From Octopus vulgaris (lineage: Eukaryota), in the NCBI GenBank assembly GCA_951406725.2, contig OX597825.1, forward strand, positions 17,236,001 through 17,300,000: 64,000 bases of DNA. The letters run 5' to 3'. Shown one piece after another: positions 40,066 to 52,730 of this stretch. The first letter of the stretch is position 1, and each line of letters opens with the position of its first letter. The notes under the pieces are model-generated. The model did no database searches. It saw only the letters and a list, made by a program, of their open reading frames with translations, and was not told the DNA's origin. The position numbers were made by a program, and so were the translations under genes.

Positions 40066-42329
40066 GACACACATACACACAAACACACACATGCACATAC
40101 ATATTCACGCATACACACACATATATATAATGTAAATATATATATAATGTTTATTACACACAGACACACACACATAGATTAACACCTAAAACGCCCTTAC
40201 TAGAATCATTTGAAACCTACAACCTCAATGAAATCTCTATTATAGATACTTTGTTCAAAATATATCTAGTTTTTACGTGAATATATTATATCAAATCTAA
40301 ATTTCAATACGGCCATGATGAAAAGTTATATATAATACGACATTCCGAAAGTGTAATATTGATGCAAATGAGAAATGTTGGAATGAAAATCCAAAACAAG
40401 AACAAAACAATAATACTGAAGAATGCGGCGATGACAATATAATAAATACAAAGGAATAATGGATTCTACTGAGTAGTCATAAACATCTTCTATATAAAAA
40501 ACATATAATGAAACGGGGAGTTGATATCCGTTGCGTTTGTCAGGCCATTAAGCCACAGTTGTGAAATAGAATTCATTAAAGAGAAAATAAAAATAGTACC
40601 ATGGACATTATATGCTTCTACATGCAGAATATTATGAGCTCATAAAAAGAGAGTGTAAATCATTATATGAAGGATATATGAAGCTTTTTATTTATTTTCA
40701 TTCGTTTCTCGGTGAAGCTTGGACATTTGTAAGATTCTTGAAAGTGTGTTAGCTTCGGAACTCAATGATTATTAATAGGAATGAAAATATTGGCAATGTA
40801 AACTGAAGCATAGCCACTCTTAGATTTTCAAACACACAAATGTACACACGCGATTATATGCATTCGTACAGCGAAATATTAATGGCATATTGAACTCATA
40901 CGGAAATTATGAGGGAAAGTAAAGTGACGCAAAGTATGGATAAGTGGTTTTTAGACTAATCACGCTACACAAGTAGAAACTATATATTACTAGAATTCGC
41001 TCTTACCGTATATTTAATACATTTTACTTGTGTCCACTTAAAGATAAAGCAAGTGTTTGCGATCACATTTAAGCCAAAGTTCATACAATGGGATGCAATT
41101 CCGGTAGGTACAAACAAAGAAAGAATCTGTTATAGTATAATGAAATATTAAATTGAATACTCTTCTAATTTGCTCACTGCGGAAAACGTAAGCGCGAAAC
41201 AATATTAAAAACACAATGTAGTTTCAATCTACGACCCATTGAATTATTTCTTCTTCATTTATTTCATTTTGCGTCAGTAATCCGACCTATAAAGCTATGA
41301 ACATTACAAATCCGATTCGACGTACCTAAATCACAAACGAAGTTAAAAGGGATTTTGTACCTAGTCGAAAATAATCTAAAATAATTTCTTTGCGCTACAC
41401 AGAAAGTACTTCGGATTTCATTTAGGGAGAATATGTGATAAAAGTATTGAAGACCGTTGAGATCGTGGCCTAGAAGTTTCTAGAATCAGTGTTGAGCTAG
41501 TTCTAGTTTTAAGGCGGCGAGCTGGCAGACACGTTAGCACGCCGGGTGAAATGCTTCGCAGTATTTCGTCTGCCCATACGTTCTGAGTTCAAATTCCGCC
41601 CGAGGTCGACTTTGCCTTTCATCCTTTTGGCCTCGATTAAATAAGTACCAGTTTTACACGCTGGAGTCGATATAATCGACTTAATCCGTTTGTCAGTCCT
41701 TGTTTGTCCTCTCTGTGTTTAGCCCGCTGTGGGTAGTAAAGAAATAGCTAGTTCTAGTTTAACATTAAGAATATTGAAATTTGTCTTTTCGTCTTGTAGA
41801 TGTTTAGGAGAGATTTAAAATTATGACATTTTGGATATCCGTAGATTCTACACGCAAAGTTGGTCTTAATCGTTAATGCTGAGTACTACACATTTAAAAC
41901 ATTGGCAATGATATATAGAGGCCGATTCTCCTTTACATGTACTTCTATATTTACACCTGTCTCGAGCATATCCGTGATTCATACGAATATATTTAATGTA
42001 AAATACGTGAAATCTGAAGAGAAGTAGGTCAACAGTAATCTACATTTCGTCAATATAAGTATCAGCAATCGTCTGTCGGTGAAAGATATATTATAATCTT
42101 GTAAGGATTTATGTAAGTCTTCGAAAGAGAACGATTTGTAATTGACTGAAGCTTACAAACAATACTTCCGGTGATGCGAACTACTAGGAAGTCTACCAAT
42201 TAGGCAATCACCAAAAATGTACACATCGCTATAGGGTAGGGTGCCAGTTATGGACAAAACCTTTGGAAGGAAATTTTGTTTTGAGGGGAGTTTATGTGCC
42301 ACTCCCTTCTACCGGGCAACAACTTCACG
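38896..42329. mobile_element. ~3.4-kb segment bounded by ~135-bp inverted repeats (putative non-autonomous TIR element)
   Basis: 38896-39028 is the reverse complement of 42192-42329 with a few substitutions and one 5-bp indel; no transposase ORF or clear TSD seen. Confidence 0.6.
41511..41745 (+). mobile_element. SINE family B with a 15-bp TSD
   Basis: agctagttctagttt at 41495-41509 and 41746-41760. Confidence 0.92.
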
Positions 42330-42343
42330 ACCACCATGAATGA

Positions 42344-42400
<57 letters not shown>

Positions 42401-42753
42401 AGTGTATGTATATATGTGTGTGTATGTAAGCATATATGTATTTCCTAAACAAATTATAGAAGTATTCACTCTCATGCATATAATACTATTAATTTACTGT
42501 AACTCACTATCTAATATTTATTTACCATTTATGAACCATACTGAACCCATTACCCCTAGGTCAAGGTGTATACCAATATTAGTAATCAAATGATGTTCAA
42601 TCTGTTTAGATGTTTTAGAAATACTGGAATTTAATTCTTTGGGCAAAATTGAAACAGCTGTAAGAGGACACGTTGATATTTTGCACACCAGTGCCTATTA
42701 TACTACTTGATCACTTCTTCATTAAGCTTTTCGAAAGGGAATTATAATTATTT

Positions 42754-42830
<77 letters not shown>

Positions 42831-43429
42831 CTGTGTTTCGCATAGGCTAAAATGAAACCATTTGCATAATTCCATAATACCTATCTACTTGACAATCTTG
42901 TATGATATGAAGATAATATAAAATAGCACATGACCAAAGGAATGGAATTTAAAACAGGACAACAAAAAAAACTCATAACGCTGCATAAATGTAAAAGAAG
43001 AAATATGCGATAAATGATAAATTCTGTTCTAAGCAAATATTTCAAAATTTATGGAATTCATAAAAATAAAAAATGTGTAAAATATAATATAGTGTACATA
43101 AGAAATAATTTTTAAAAATAAATATGCAGAAGAAATAATATGTTAAACAATAAAGATAAAATGAAAGTCGTTTCTGACTCTATTAAATCAAAACATGATA
43201 GCAGAAGTTATAAATATTAACATATATACTAAATTGTAATAATTAGAGTATGTACACTGGTGAATATGCAATAACGTTCTGTCATACATTTTATTTTAAA
43301 TAGAACCGTAACAGATTATTCAAAGAGTAAATTTTACTTTTATGAAAATCACTTACCGCTTGATGGTGGGGAAAAAAGAGAAGCCAAATAAATAAATTCA
43401 ATAAGCTTTACATTTTTTAGTCTTGTAAT

Positions 43430-43570
43430 TCTTTTGTACTCTAGCCACAGGGCCCGAAATTTTTCGGGAGGGGAGCAAATCGATTATATCGACCCCAGTA
43501 CGCAGGATGGAAGATAAAGTCGACCTCGGCTGAATGTGAACTCAGAACATAAAGACGGACGAAATACCAT
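43430..43570 (-). mobile_element. SINE family B fragment
   Basis: tcgaccccagtacgca, aaagtcgacctcggc, gaactcagaac. Confidence 0.75.
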
Positions 43571-43864
43571 AAAGACGGAAGAGCAAGTTCAAATCATTGA
43601 TGCAATTTTATACCAATTGCTATTTTTACTTTTGTTATGTTACGATTATATTATACTTTAGTTTGATTTTAATCATTACTTACTACATATAATTCAATTG
43701 TTATTATTATTTTTATTGTTAAAGTGAAAACATCTGACATAAAATAGAGAAATATGTTTCACTTTTAACACATAATACTGAAATAGTGGAGAATATATGA
43801 TATTGCTATGGGCTCGCTCTAGGTAAGAAGTTGAACATTTGTTTTTGACGAGGAAACTACATGG

Positions 43865-43968
43865 ACGCTAAGCAAGGCATGTGTAAAATTTGAATGAAAT
43901 TGGTTGTGTAGCTCTCAAGTTTTAGGGAATCACACATACAGACAGACAGACACACACACATTCTCAGT

Positions 43969-43978
<10 letters not shown>
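43865..43978 (-). mobile_element. Possible Helitron-like 5' fragment
   Basis: aaatttgaatgaaattggttgtgtag...(acag)n acacac...ttatatataa layout resembles the 5' end of the 4337-4733 element; no 3' CTAG end found. Confidence 0.35.
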
Positions 43979-44025
<47 letters not shown>

Positions 44026-44105
44026 TGAGCATATGTATATATATATATTCATATATATATACATGCATACATACATATATATATACATATATACATATAC
44101 ATACA

Positions 44106-44182
<77 letters not shown>

Positions 44183-44210
44183 CATATACATACATACATG
44201 CATACGTGTA
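43970..44210. repeat. (TA)n compound microsatellite
   Basis: Direct reading. Confidence 0.95.
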
Positions 44211-44900
44211 TGTGGGGGTGTTTACATGTGTGTACTAATTCTCTTAGAATTATGAATGTGACGGACATTAGATATTGTACTTAAAATCACTTTGGACTAT
44301 ATATATATATATTATATCTAATATCTCACTGAATGACTACTTATTGCAAACGCGATAAGCACATTGTTACTTTTTTAGAGGATGAATCCATATAGAGTGT
44401 GAGGAAACCATTAGAATATTTACGATGTCTGAAAAATGAAGAGAGAGAATAAATAGATTGAACGATATAAGGACTTTATTAAGAGTTACATTTTTACTTG
44501 TTGCTTCTATCATATATTTTATATTTTATATTTTATGTTTTAATTTGCATTGTGTATCTGGTCTGACGCTCAGTTTTCCCTGAACAAATTATATGGAAAA
44601 ATATGCTAGTCCTAAACCTCCGTAGTAGTCGAAAACAGATAACTATTTAAAGCCACAAATATCTATTTATGTATAGAACAATTGGTGTATATTAGTAAAA
44701 CACGTATTTATTGTAATGGATAACCATGCGCGTAAAAAAGAATATATTATGGGAAAAAATAATGATTATTATTAACATCGCATTTGAAACTTTAGTGGGT
44801 GAAAGACAAGCGGGATCGATGTAATCAACTTAACACCTTCGAAATTGTTGGCATGTACTGAAATTTGAAACCAATTATTATTTACCTAAACAATTGATAA

Positions 44901-45288
44901 CTGGGGGAAGCACTCCGTCGGTTACGACGATGAGGGTTCCGGTTGATCCGAATCAACGGAACAGCTGGTTCGTGAAATTAACGTGTAAGTGGCTGAGCAC
45001 TCCACAGACATGTGTACCCTCAACGTAGTTCTCGGGGATATTCAGCGTGACACAGAGAGTGACAATGCCGGCCCTTTGAAATACAGGTACAACAGAAACA
45101 GGAAGTAAGAGTGAGAGAAAGTTGTGGTGAAAGAGGACAGCAGGGATCACCACCATCCCGTGCCGGAGCCTCGTGGAGCTTTTAGGTGTTTTCACTCAAT
45201 AAACATCACAACGCCCGGTCTGGGAATCGAAACCGCGATCCCATGACCGCGAGTCCGCTGCCCTAACCACTGGGCCATTGCGCCTCCA
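44901..45288 (-). mobile_element. tRNA-derived SINE, head C with tail Y, probable TSD attgataa
   Basis: Minus-strand head GGAGGCGCAATGGCCCAGTGGTTAGGG...GGTTTCGATTCCC; attgataa at 44893-44900 and 45291-45298. Confidence 0.88.
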
Positions 45289-45606
45289 CTATTGATAATT
45301 CACTACCTTATGAAAAGATATGTTATGAGACCTTGAATTGCTATATAACCACAATTAGATTTATAACTGGCAAAATGTTTGATTATATATTATTACTATT
45401 TATTACTATAGCCCCCATCAGTATTGTTCAGTTATTTTCTATCTCTGATTTAAACATTGACCGATGGTGGCTCTCCAAGTTCATTCTCTCTTGCTTTTCT
45501 CCTTTCAATGCAGTCCACCCCTCTTTACTTAGCTAACCATCATACTAATTAATGGGGACGGGGTGGAGTATGCACAGAAAGTTTCTAAATTATTACATTT
45601 AATTAT

Positions 45607-45765
45607 GTAGGAGTGGCTGTGTGGTAAGTAGCTTGCTTACGAATTACATGGTTGCGGGTTCAGTCCCACTGCGTGGCACCTTGGGTAAGTGTCTTTTACT
45701 ATAGCCTCGGGCCGACCAAAGCCTTGTGAGTGGATTTGGTAGACGGAAACTGAAAGAAGCCCGTC

Positions 45766-45805
<40 letters not shown>

Positions 45806-46043
45806 GTGTGTATGTGTGTGTATGTGTTTGTATGTCTGTGTTTGTCCCCCTCCAACAGCGTTTGACAACCGATGCTGGTGTGTTTACGTCCCCGTAACAT
45901 AGCGGTCCAGCAAAAAGAGGCCAATAGAAGAAGTACTAGACTTACAAAAAACAATAAGTCCTGGGGTCGATGTGCTCGACTAAAGGCTGTGCTACAGCAT
46001 GGCCACAGTCAAATGACTGAAACAAGTAAAAGAGCAAAAGAGT
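45607..46043 (+). mobile_element. SINE family A, full length
   Basis: GTAGGAGTGGCTGTGTGGTAAG...AAACAAGTAAAAGAGCAAAAGAG. Confidence 0.9.
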
Positions 46044-46393
46044 ATACTACTATCGTTTCCCTTGTTTCCTTTCAAATATCTGAACATGTTCTGTTCTATT
46101 TTTCAGTAATTTGAAGTATGGAAGCAGTTTTAGTTTAGCAATTTTACAGTTTTCCAAATATATTATTTTATCTTATTCGGATATTAGTTGTAAGCAGATA
46201 TTACAGAGAAAATATTTGGTTTCCTTGATCCTTGATGCAAACCCGTGTATTGAAACATACTTCATCCTTTCTCAGGAGAACCATTATTCTAATACTATAC
46301 CCATACACTGTTTCAATTTTACTTCCATATCATAAATTTGCTAAGTGGTTAATTTAATGAATTTAATAACCGACTATTTGACTGATCGTTCGA

Positions 46394-46482
46394 TTAGTCA
46401 ATCATATAGGTAATCATATATGTATAGTCAATCATATAGGTAATCATATAGGTAATGAATTAGTCAATCATATAGGTAATGA
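46394..46482. repeat. Short tandem repeat of tagtcaatcatataggtaat, about 3 units
   Basis: Direct reading. Confidence 0.8.
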
Positions 46483-46521
46483 AATTTCTTTCCTCGCCAT
46501 TCGCCAGATAAAAAAACCAAA

Positions 46522-46553
<32 letters not shown>

Positions 46554-46879
46554 CTAATTTCCTTGAAGTGGAAAGTAATAATTGTAATCGTTCCACACAA
46601 GTCTGTCTTCATTGGATGATTGCCTCTGTCTTGACACCGTGGTACTTTAAGTAGGAAATCCTGTTCTTGTACATAATATTAAGTCCATAGCAATATAAAG
46701 GACGCAGTAATTTAGTAGAGAGAAAGAAGAGACAGAGATCACATGCTAACACAGAAATATTTACATAAATATATATGGGGCCTGTTTTTATATATGTACA
46801 AGAATAGCTGCATATAAATTCTGTGGAAAGGGTTTCAGCCCTATATTTATATGCTGATATTTACAGCATTGAAGACAGT

Positions 46880-47085
46880 GATCTGGCGGAATCGTTAGCA
46901 CATCGGGTAAAATGATTAAAAACATTTTGTCCGTCTTTATGTACTGATTTTAAATTGCACCGAGGCTGGCTTTACTTTTCGTCATATCAAGGTTGATAAA
47001 CTGACGGTCAGTTTAACACTGGGATCGATGCAATTAGCTTAGGGCCTCTGCAAAATTTATGCGCTTGTGCCACTATTTGAAATCA
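46880..47085 (+). mobile_element. Old diverged SINE family B
   Basis: ctggcggaatcgttagcac...ggttgataaa...actgggatcgatg. Confidence 0.6.
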
Positions 47086-47313
47086 GTATGTATAGCATTT
47101 ATATTGCTTTGAGAATTCGAAATGAATTCAAAAGGTCGCTTTGGTTCACTTGTAGAACGTCTGTCATGTCAATACATCAGATGAGTATGTGTCTCATGAA
47201 AGAGTTCCTTTTCTATCGAAGAGGAGTTTTCATCCCAAAATTTCCACGGTACTATTTGCGTGCGTGGCTATTTACAATTAAGCCACTGATTAAAAGTAAA
47301 ACTGGCAAGCAGG

Positions 47314-47375
<62 letters not shown>

Positions 47376-47869
47376 GATCGACTGTGAGTGCAAAATAGAG
47401 ACACAGAGAGCATTGACGGAAGAAGGGTTACAAATATGATTAAAAGCAAAGAAAAACATCATCTTGTCTGAATATAACAAATATTTAAGAGAATAATAAG
47501 AATCCAACGAGTTGCGTTGGCGACTTTTCAATTAGTCTTTGGTTTTGTAAGACATTATCAATAATAAAGACTGTAGCACTATTTATGTGTCTCTCTATCC
47601 AATAATTCTCTTCCATGGTAATAATCTGCAAGATGAAAGATTGTTAGTCCATTAAGCTAAATCAAGAAATCTCGAGTTATAAGTCTTCGTTCTATTTTTC
47701 TTTCATATTTGTAACAATTTGCAGTCATTTTATTAAAGCTATAATAGAGTTCTGTGAAAGAAAATTGTTACTGATTTGGTTTTTGAAAAAATATAATTAT
47801 TGGTTTTAAATAAAATAATGTGGAATAACAACAACATCAACAACACCGATAAAAAATATTAGCAGCAAT

Positions 47870-48130
47870 AATCTTTTACTTCTTTCTGCCATTATACTGC
47901 GGCGATGTTGTAGTACCATCTTGAGTTTAAGTCGAACCAATTGAACCCAGGTGATTATTTTTTTTTAAGTAGGGTACGTATTCTTCCGATGACTTTTGCC
48001 GAATTTCTAAGTTACAGAGTCGGAAGCAAGATTAAACTGGTTGTCAAGCGGCGTGAGGACAGCCACAGGCACAAATAATACACTTGTACGTAGAAACACG
48101 TCCCTCACTTACACATACGATGGGCTTCGA
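47870..48130 (-). mobile_element. Old diverged SINE family A, 3' part
   Basis: actgcggcgatg, agtcgaaccaattgaacccag, ggttgtcaagcgg. Confidence 0.55.
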
Positions 48131-48224
48131 TAGCAAACACATTCACTTACTGGTCTCTTGTCGATTGACAGAGCAAGTGGTTAATTTTTATTCTCTTGTC
48201 TCGACACCTTGTCTTTGCCGTTCT

Positions 48225-48480
48225 TAATAACAAACTGAAGGGAATTAAACATAATAGAAATATTGAAAAAAATATAACAAGTCTCCTTGGAAAATTCCTC
48301 TCTTTATATTAAATTCCCTTAAGGCTGTCTCACTCGAGGAAAGATCTACTTAAATTTTTTTCGTGCTATATCTAATTAACCCGCTTATATTGTTTGCCAT
48401 ACTGAATATTCTAAAGCATTCGTTTATCCATGAGTGTGGTGCCATATCATACGCTTTCCTATGATCTTATTCGAAATATC
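48225..48480 (-). mobile_element. R4/Dong-like RT fragment
   Basis: Minus strand DHRKAYDMAPHSWINECFRIF and IKRGIFQGD..FLLCLIP. Confidence 0.75.
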
Positions 48481-48599
48481 ACCCCCCCGAACCTAGTTTC
48501 TTCCGCATTTGGCTTCTTGTCCTCAGCAGTTTCAACTACACTATTTATTCACAGACAAAATATCCTCTGGTCAGTCTCAATCTATTGCAATAATACAAT

Positions 48600-49125
48600 A
48601 TTACCAGTGTCACTCATGGCTTCTTATTGAAAGTGTTAACATGCTTATGATTTGTCGGGGTCTAAACGATGGGCTACAGCAAATATTCTGTTTAATACGA
48701 CAGATTTGATTAATACGACAGATTATCAGTTGCATGACCTTAACAAGCTGAGCATGTCACTTAGTGGCTGACGACACGTGCATCTCTGATCATGAGGACT
48801 AGTGAGGGAGCACAATAGCCATGTGTTGAGAGGGGTCTCTTAAGGTGTACATAATACACCACAGGAAACATGAGTGTTTCCTTCATTATCCTTAAACAAA
48901 CCTACTTCGGTGGCCTTTTTGGGCGGGATGAGACACACTAGCTGAAGAAAATTCTAACTGGGTCCCACATGCAAGGTCACGAGCTGTTTAACTTAATACG
49001 AAGTCGCCACGTCGCGCAAATATGGTTATGGTACTTGTCAGGCAGGTACTCAAGATGGCTGTATTGGTATACGCATATTTCTAACCCAGTTTCACTTTAA
49101 TGACATGCGCTGCTCTCTCAACAAT
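48600..49125 (-). repeat. Unclassified interspersed repeat adjoining the R4-like fragment
   Basis: More GC-rich block; its tgatcagagatgc segment recurs at ~2072-2084. Confidence 0.45.
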
Positions 49126-49560
49126 TATAATAATCGTTTCTACAATAGGTACAATGCCTGAAATTTGGCGGAAGGACTAATTGATGACATCGACCGAGGT
49201 GTAAGACAGGTACTTATTTATTTTATTGATCCCTACGGGATGTAAAGGAAAGTCGGAAAAGAAACACATTCAAAAAATAAAATATTCGTCTTCAGTAACA
49301 GAACAAAGCAAATAAACCAACAACATGGCACAGTATCCGTATGAGACTTGAGAAGGTTTCGAAAAGCTTGGTTTACGACGAATGTTTCTCGAAATAATAT
49401 CCAAACAAAGATTTAGCTAGATAACATGACACCCATTCGGATAGTTGAAACTAGGATATAGTCGTGATCTATATAAAATATATGTTAAAGAAATGCGTTT
49501 CCCCATGACTGCAAATATATCTGTTTGTATAGATATATATATGCATAGTATATATACAAC

Positions 49561-49638
<78 letters not shown>

Positions 49639-50299
49639 CATGTATATATATATATGTATGTATGCGTGTATGAGTATTCATATATATATATATATATATA
49701 TATGTACATACATACACATACAAAAACACACACACACACGCACACACACACGCACACACATATATATATACATGAACGTTTGTGTGTGTCCATATCCGCG
49801 TGCACAAAAACGGAAACGAACGCGCACGCGAGCCTGTTTTTCTATGCTCGCATAGATAGAAACATTGCGATGGTGATGTTGGTGATGTTGGTTGGTGATG
49901 CGGATGCAGCTGAGGACTATGATGATGATCGCGTCTATCATCGTGATCATCGTTACTATCATGATCATCAACGTTGTCATAAAACATTCCATGTAGAACA
50001 CAAAAAAAGCTACACAGAGAAAAGCTTAAAAGCAGTGGCAGAAACACATTACTAAAAAACAAGCGACATGCGGAATGATTTATATGATATATGAATTAAT
50101 GAACTGTCGAGACAATTTACACGCATGTCAGCATTTTATAAACTAAACTAATTGATATCTCAGGAAAAAAAATGACTCACATCTATTAATATAATACATA
50201 AATATGAAGATAAATATTTTTTTTTTTATAAGTATCGCAGTTGAAATCGCATTTCGCCACTAGAATTCCCATGGATACAATTTATCTATAAGCAATAAT

Positions 50300-50534
50300 A
50301 CATCTCTGAACGAGGTATAAACAGTAACTGCAAGACAATGTGAGGTATTTTTGCCATCTCAATATGGCTAACCACTAACTGTGGGTGTTACTGTAGCTTG
50401 TAGCCCCAGGAGAACATCGGCTCCAGAGAAGTGTGCCTGTAGCCAGCTGGAGGCGATGTTCTCCTGGGGCTACAAGCTACAGTAACACCCAGCCTTAGTG
50501 GTTAGCCATATTGAGATGGCAAATATACCTCACA
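50300..50534. mobile_element. Fold-back repeat family F, copy 3
   Basis: Arms ~50339-50427 and ~50445-50534; the extension at 50300-50338 is homologous to the tails of copies 1 and 2. Confidence 0.8.
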
Positions 50535-50574
50535 ATTTATATATAGACATACATATATATATATATGCACATAT

Positions 50575-50825
50575 TGACGATTGACAAGTCCCTTAACCTT
50601 TTGGGAGTTGTTGGGGCGCTGCAACCATGTAGTGTTTCCAGGGTGTGGAAGCCTGGTGCAGTATATCCCTCTACCTGCTAAATTCGTTTCTACAGCTGAG
50701 TGGACTGGGGCAATATGAAATGGAAGTGTTTTTGCTGAAGAACACAACGGATCGCCCTGTTTAGGGATCTAAACTACGGTCTTACGATTGTGAGTGCAGC
50801 ACCCCGGCCAATAAGCCAGGCGCCT
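50575..50825 (-). mobile_element. tRNA-derived SINE, head D, with a distinct tail
   Basis: Minus-strand head GGCGCCTGGCTTATTGGCCGGGG...CCAGTCCACTCAGCTGTAGAAA. Confidence 0.75.
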
Positions 50826-50890
50826 CTACATATACGTACATACAGGCATAGATAGATAGATGGATAGATAGATAAATAGATAGATAGATG

Positions 50891-50922
<32 letters not shown>

Positions 50923-51303
50923 CATACATACATACATACATACATACATACATACATACAACAAATTTGTACACAAAAGCAAAACATATTAACGGAGAAA
51001 GAGCAAAAGAAACTGTCATGAATTCTCCAAATCCAATCTATTAGTGGTAGAGTGAAGATGGGTAAATCATTCCAAATATTCTCTGAGATCATTATGTGAA
51101 TAGGTAGGTGTACGTAGCAACAGCTCAATCAACACGCCAACTCAACCACATAATTACAGATACCAGGAGCCCCATTAACTCAAGACATCTCTCCCTATAT
51201 ATATATATATATATATATTGATAGAAATGGCAAGACAACAAAAGAATGAAAGAGAGCAGGAGTTTTCTCATGGGTACCGAATAATTGTCACATATTTATA
51301 TAT

Positions 51304-51385
<82 letters not shown>

Positions 51386-51924
51386 TATTTCTAACACAGA
51401 GAGTGTGAGAGAGAGAGAGGAAAACAGAAGGAGTGAGAGAGAGATGTATTTTACTTTCCTATACGCCTAACAATTACATTCCTGCATGTTGCATTACTTC
51501 GTTGCATCCAGCTGTGTTCCATATATTTTCAATTCAGTAATCCCTCGGCTATCGCCAGTTTTACGTTCCAAAATATCCCGCGACAGGTGAACAGCGAGAG
51601 ATTAAAACGTATTTTGAATATTATATATTGGCAGAATTATTGCTCTGAAAATATATATTTTCTTAAAAATATCCTCAACTAATATTTAAACAATCGCAAT
51701 AATTGGTAAAGACGAGTATTGTTTTATCACATTATTTCTAATAACCTCCTTGTACCTTCATTGGCATCATTCTCCAATAGGTTGTATGCGCCAGAAATAA
51801 CTGCTTTAATAGCACGTCCTCCCTTAAGGTAGATTACGACTGTGTATATTTTTGGAGTTTAATACATGGAGAATTAACAAAAGCACTAAATAGCTCGGAT
51901 ACGATACCTTCATTTATTATTTAC

Positions 51925-52235
51925 TGATTTCAATTATTGGACTGTGACTATACTAAGACAGTGTTTAGTCGAAGAATTCAACCCAGTATTTCATAACATT
52001 TTTAGTGTGTTAATTACTCTGTCGCTAGGTTACGAGCACATGGTGACAAATCATAGACAAACCAACGTCCCTTATGAGGCAATGGTATTGGTGGGAACAA
52101 CAGGCTGTACGGCAGGCTACTACACTGCTTCCGTCTACACAATTCCCTCACTAGGCATTGGCCTGCCCAGGTCTACAGAAGACGTCACTTTCAAGAGGTG
52201 ACGCGCGGTGGGATTGAACGTGAAACCACATGGAC
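51925..52235 (-). mobile_element. Very old SINE family A copy
   Basis: tttagtcgaagaattcaacccag, cttccgtctac, ggtgggattgaac. Confidence 0.5.
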
Positions 52236-52334
52236 AGATTAGGCGACTTACTCTCCATTTTACGACCTGAAACTCATGTAGATAACGTACCTTTTACATT
52301 AGGTATTTCTTTAATGTAAAACTTGCTACTTTAT

Positions 52335-52730
52335 AATCCTTTCTCCTAAAGGCACAATGCCTGACATTTGGGGCTTGGGGACTAGTCGATTACAACGGCT
52401 CCTGTGTTTCACTGGTACTTAATTTATCGACCCCGAATGGATGAAAGGCAAAATCGACCTCAGCGGAATTTCAACTCAGAACGTAGTGATGGATGAAATA
52501 CCTATTTCCTTACTACCCACCAGGGGCTAAACACAGAGGACAAACATGGACAGACAAACGGATTAAGTCGATTACATCGATCCCAGTGCGTAACTGATAA
52601 TTAATTCATCGACCCCGAAAGAATGAAAGGCAAAGTCGATCTCGGCGGAATTTGAACTCAGAACGTAGCGATGGTCGAAATACCACTAAGCATTTCGTCC
52701 GGCGTGCTACCGATTCTGCAAGCTCGCAGC
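52335..52730 (-). mobile_element. SINE family B, tandem or nested pair
   Basis: Two successive ttatcgaccccgaa...aaaggcaaa...aactcagaacgtag blocks. Confidence 0.85.

Noticed and set aside
49860-49980. His/Asp-rich peptide stretch
   Set aside because: Degenerate (GAT/CAT)n trinucleotide repeat with no exon evidence
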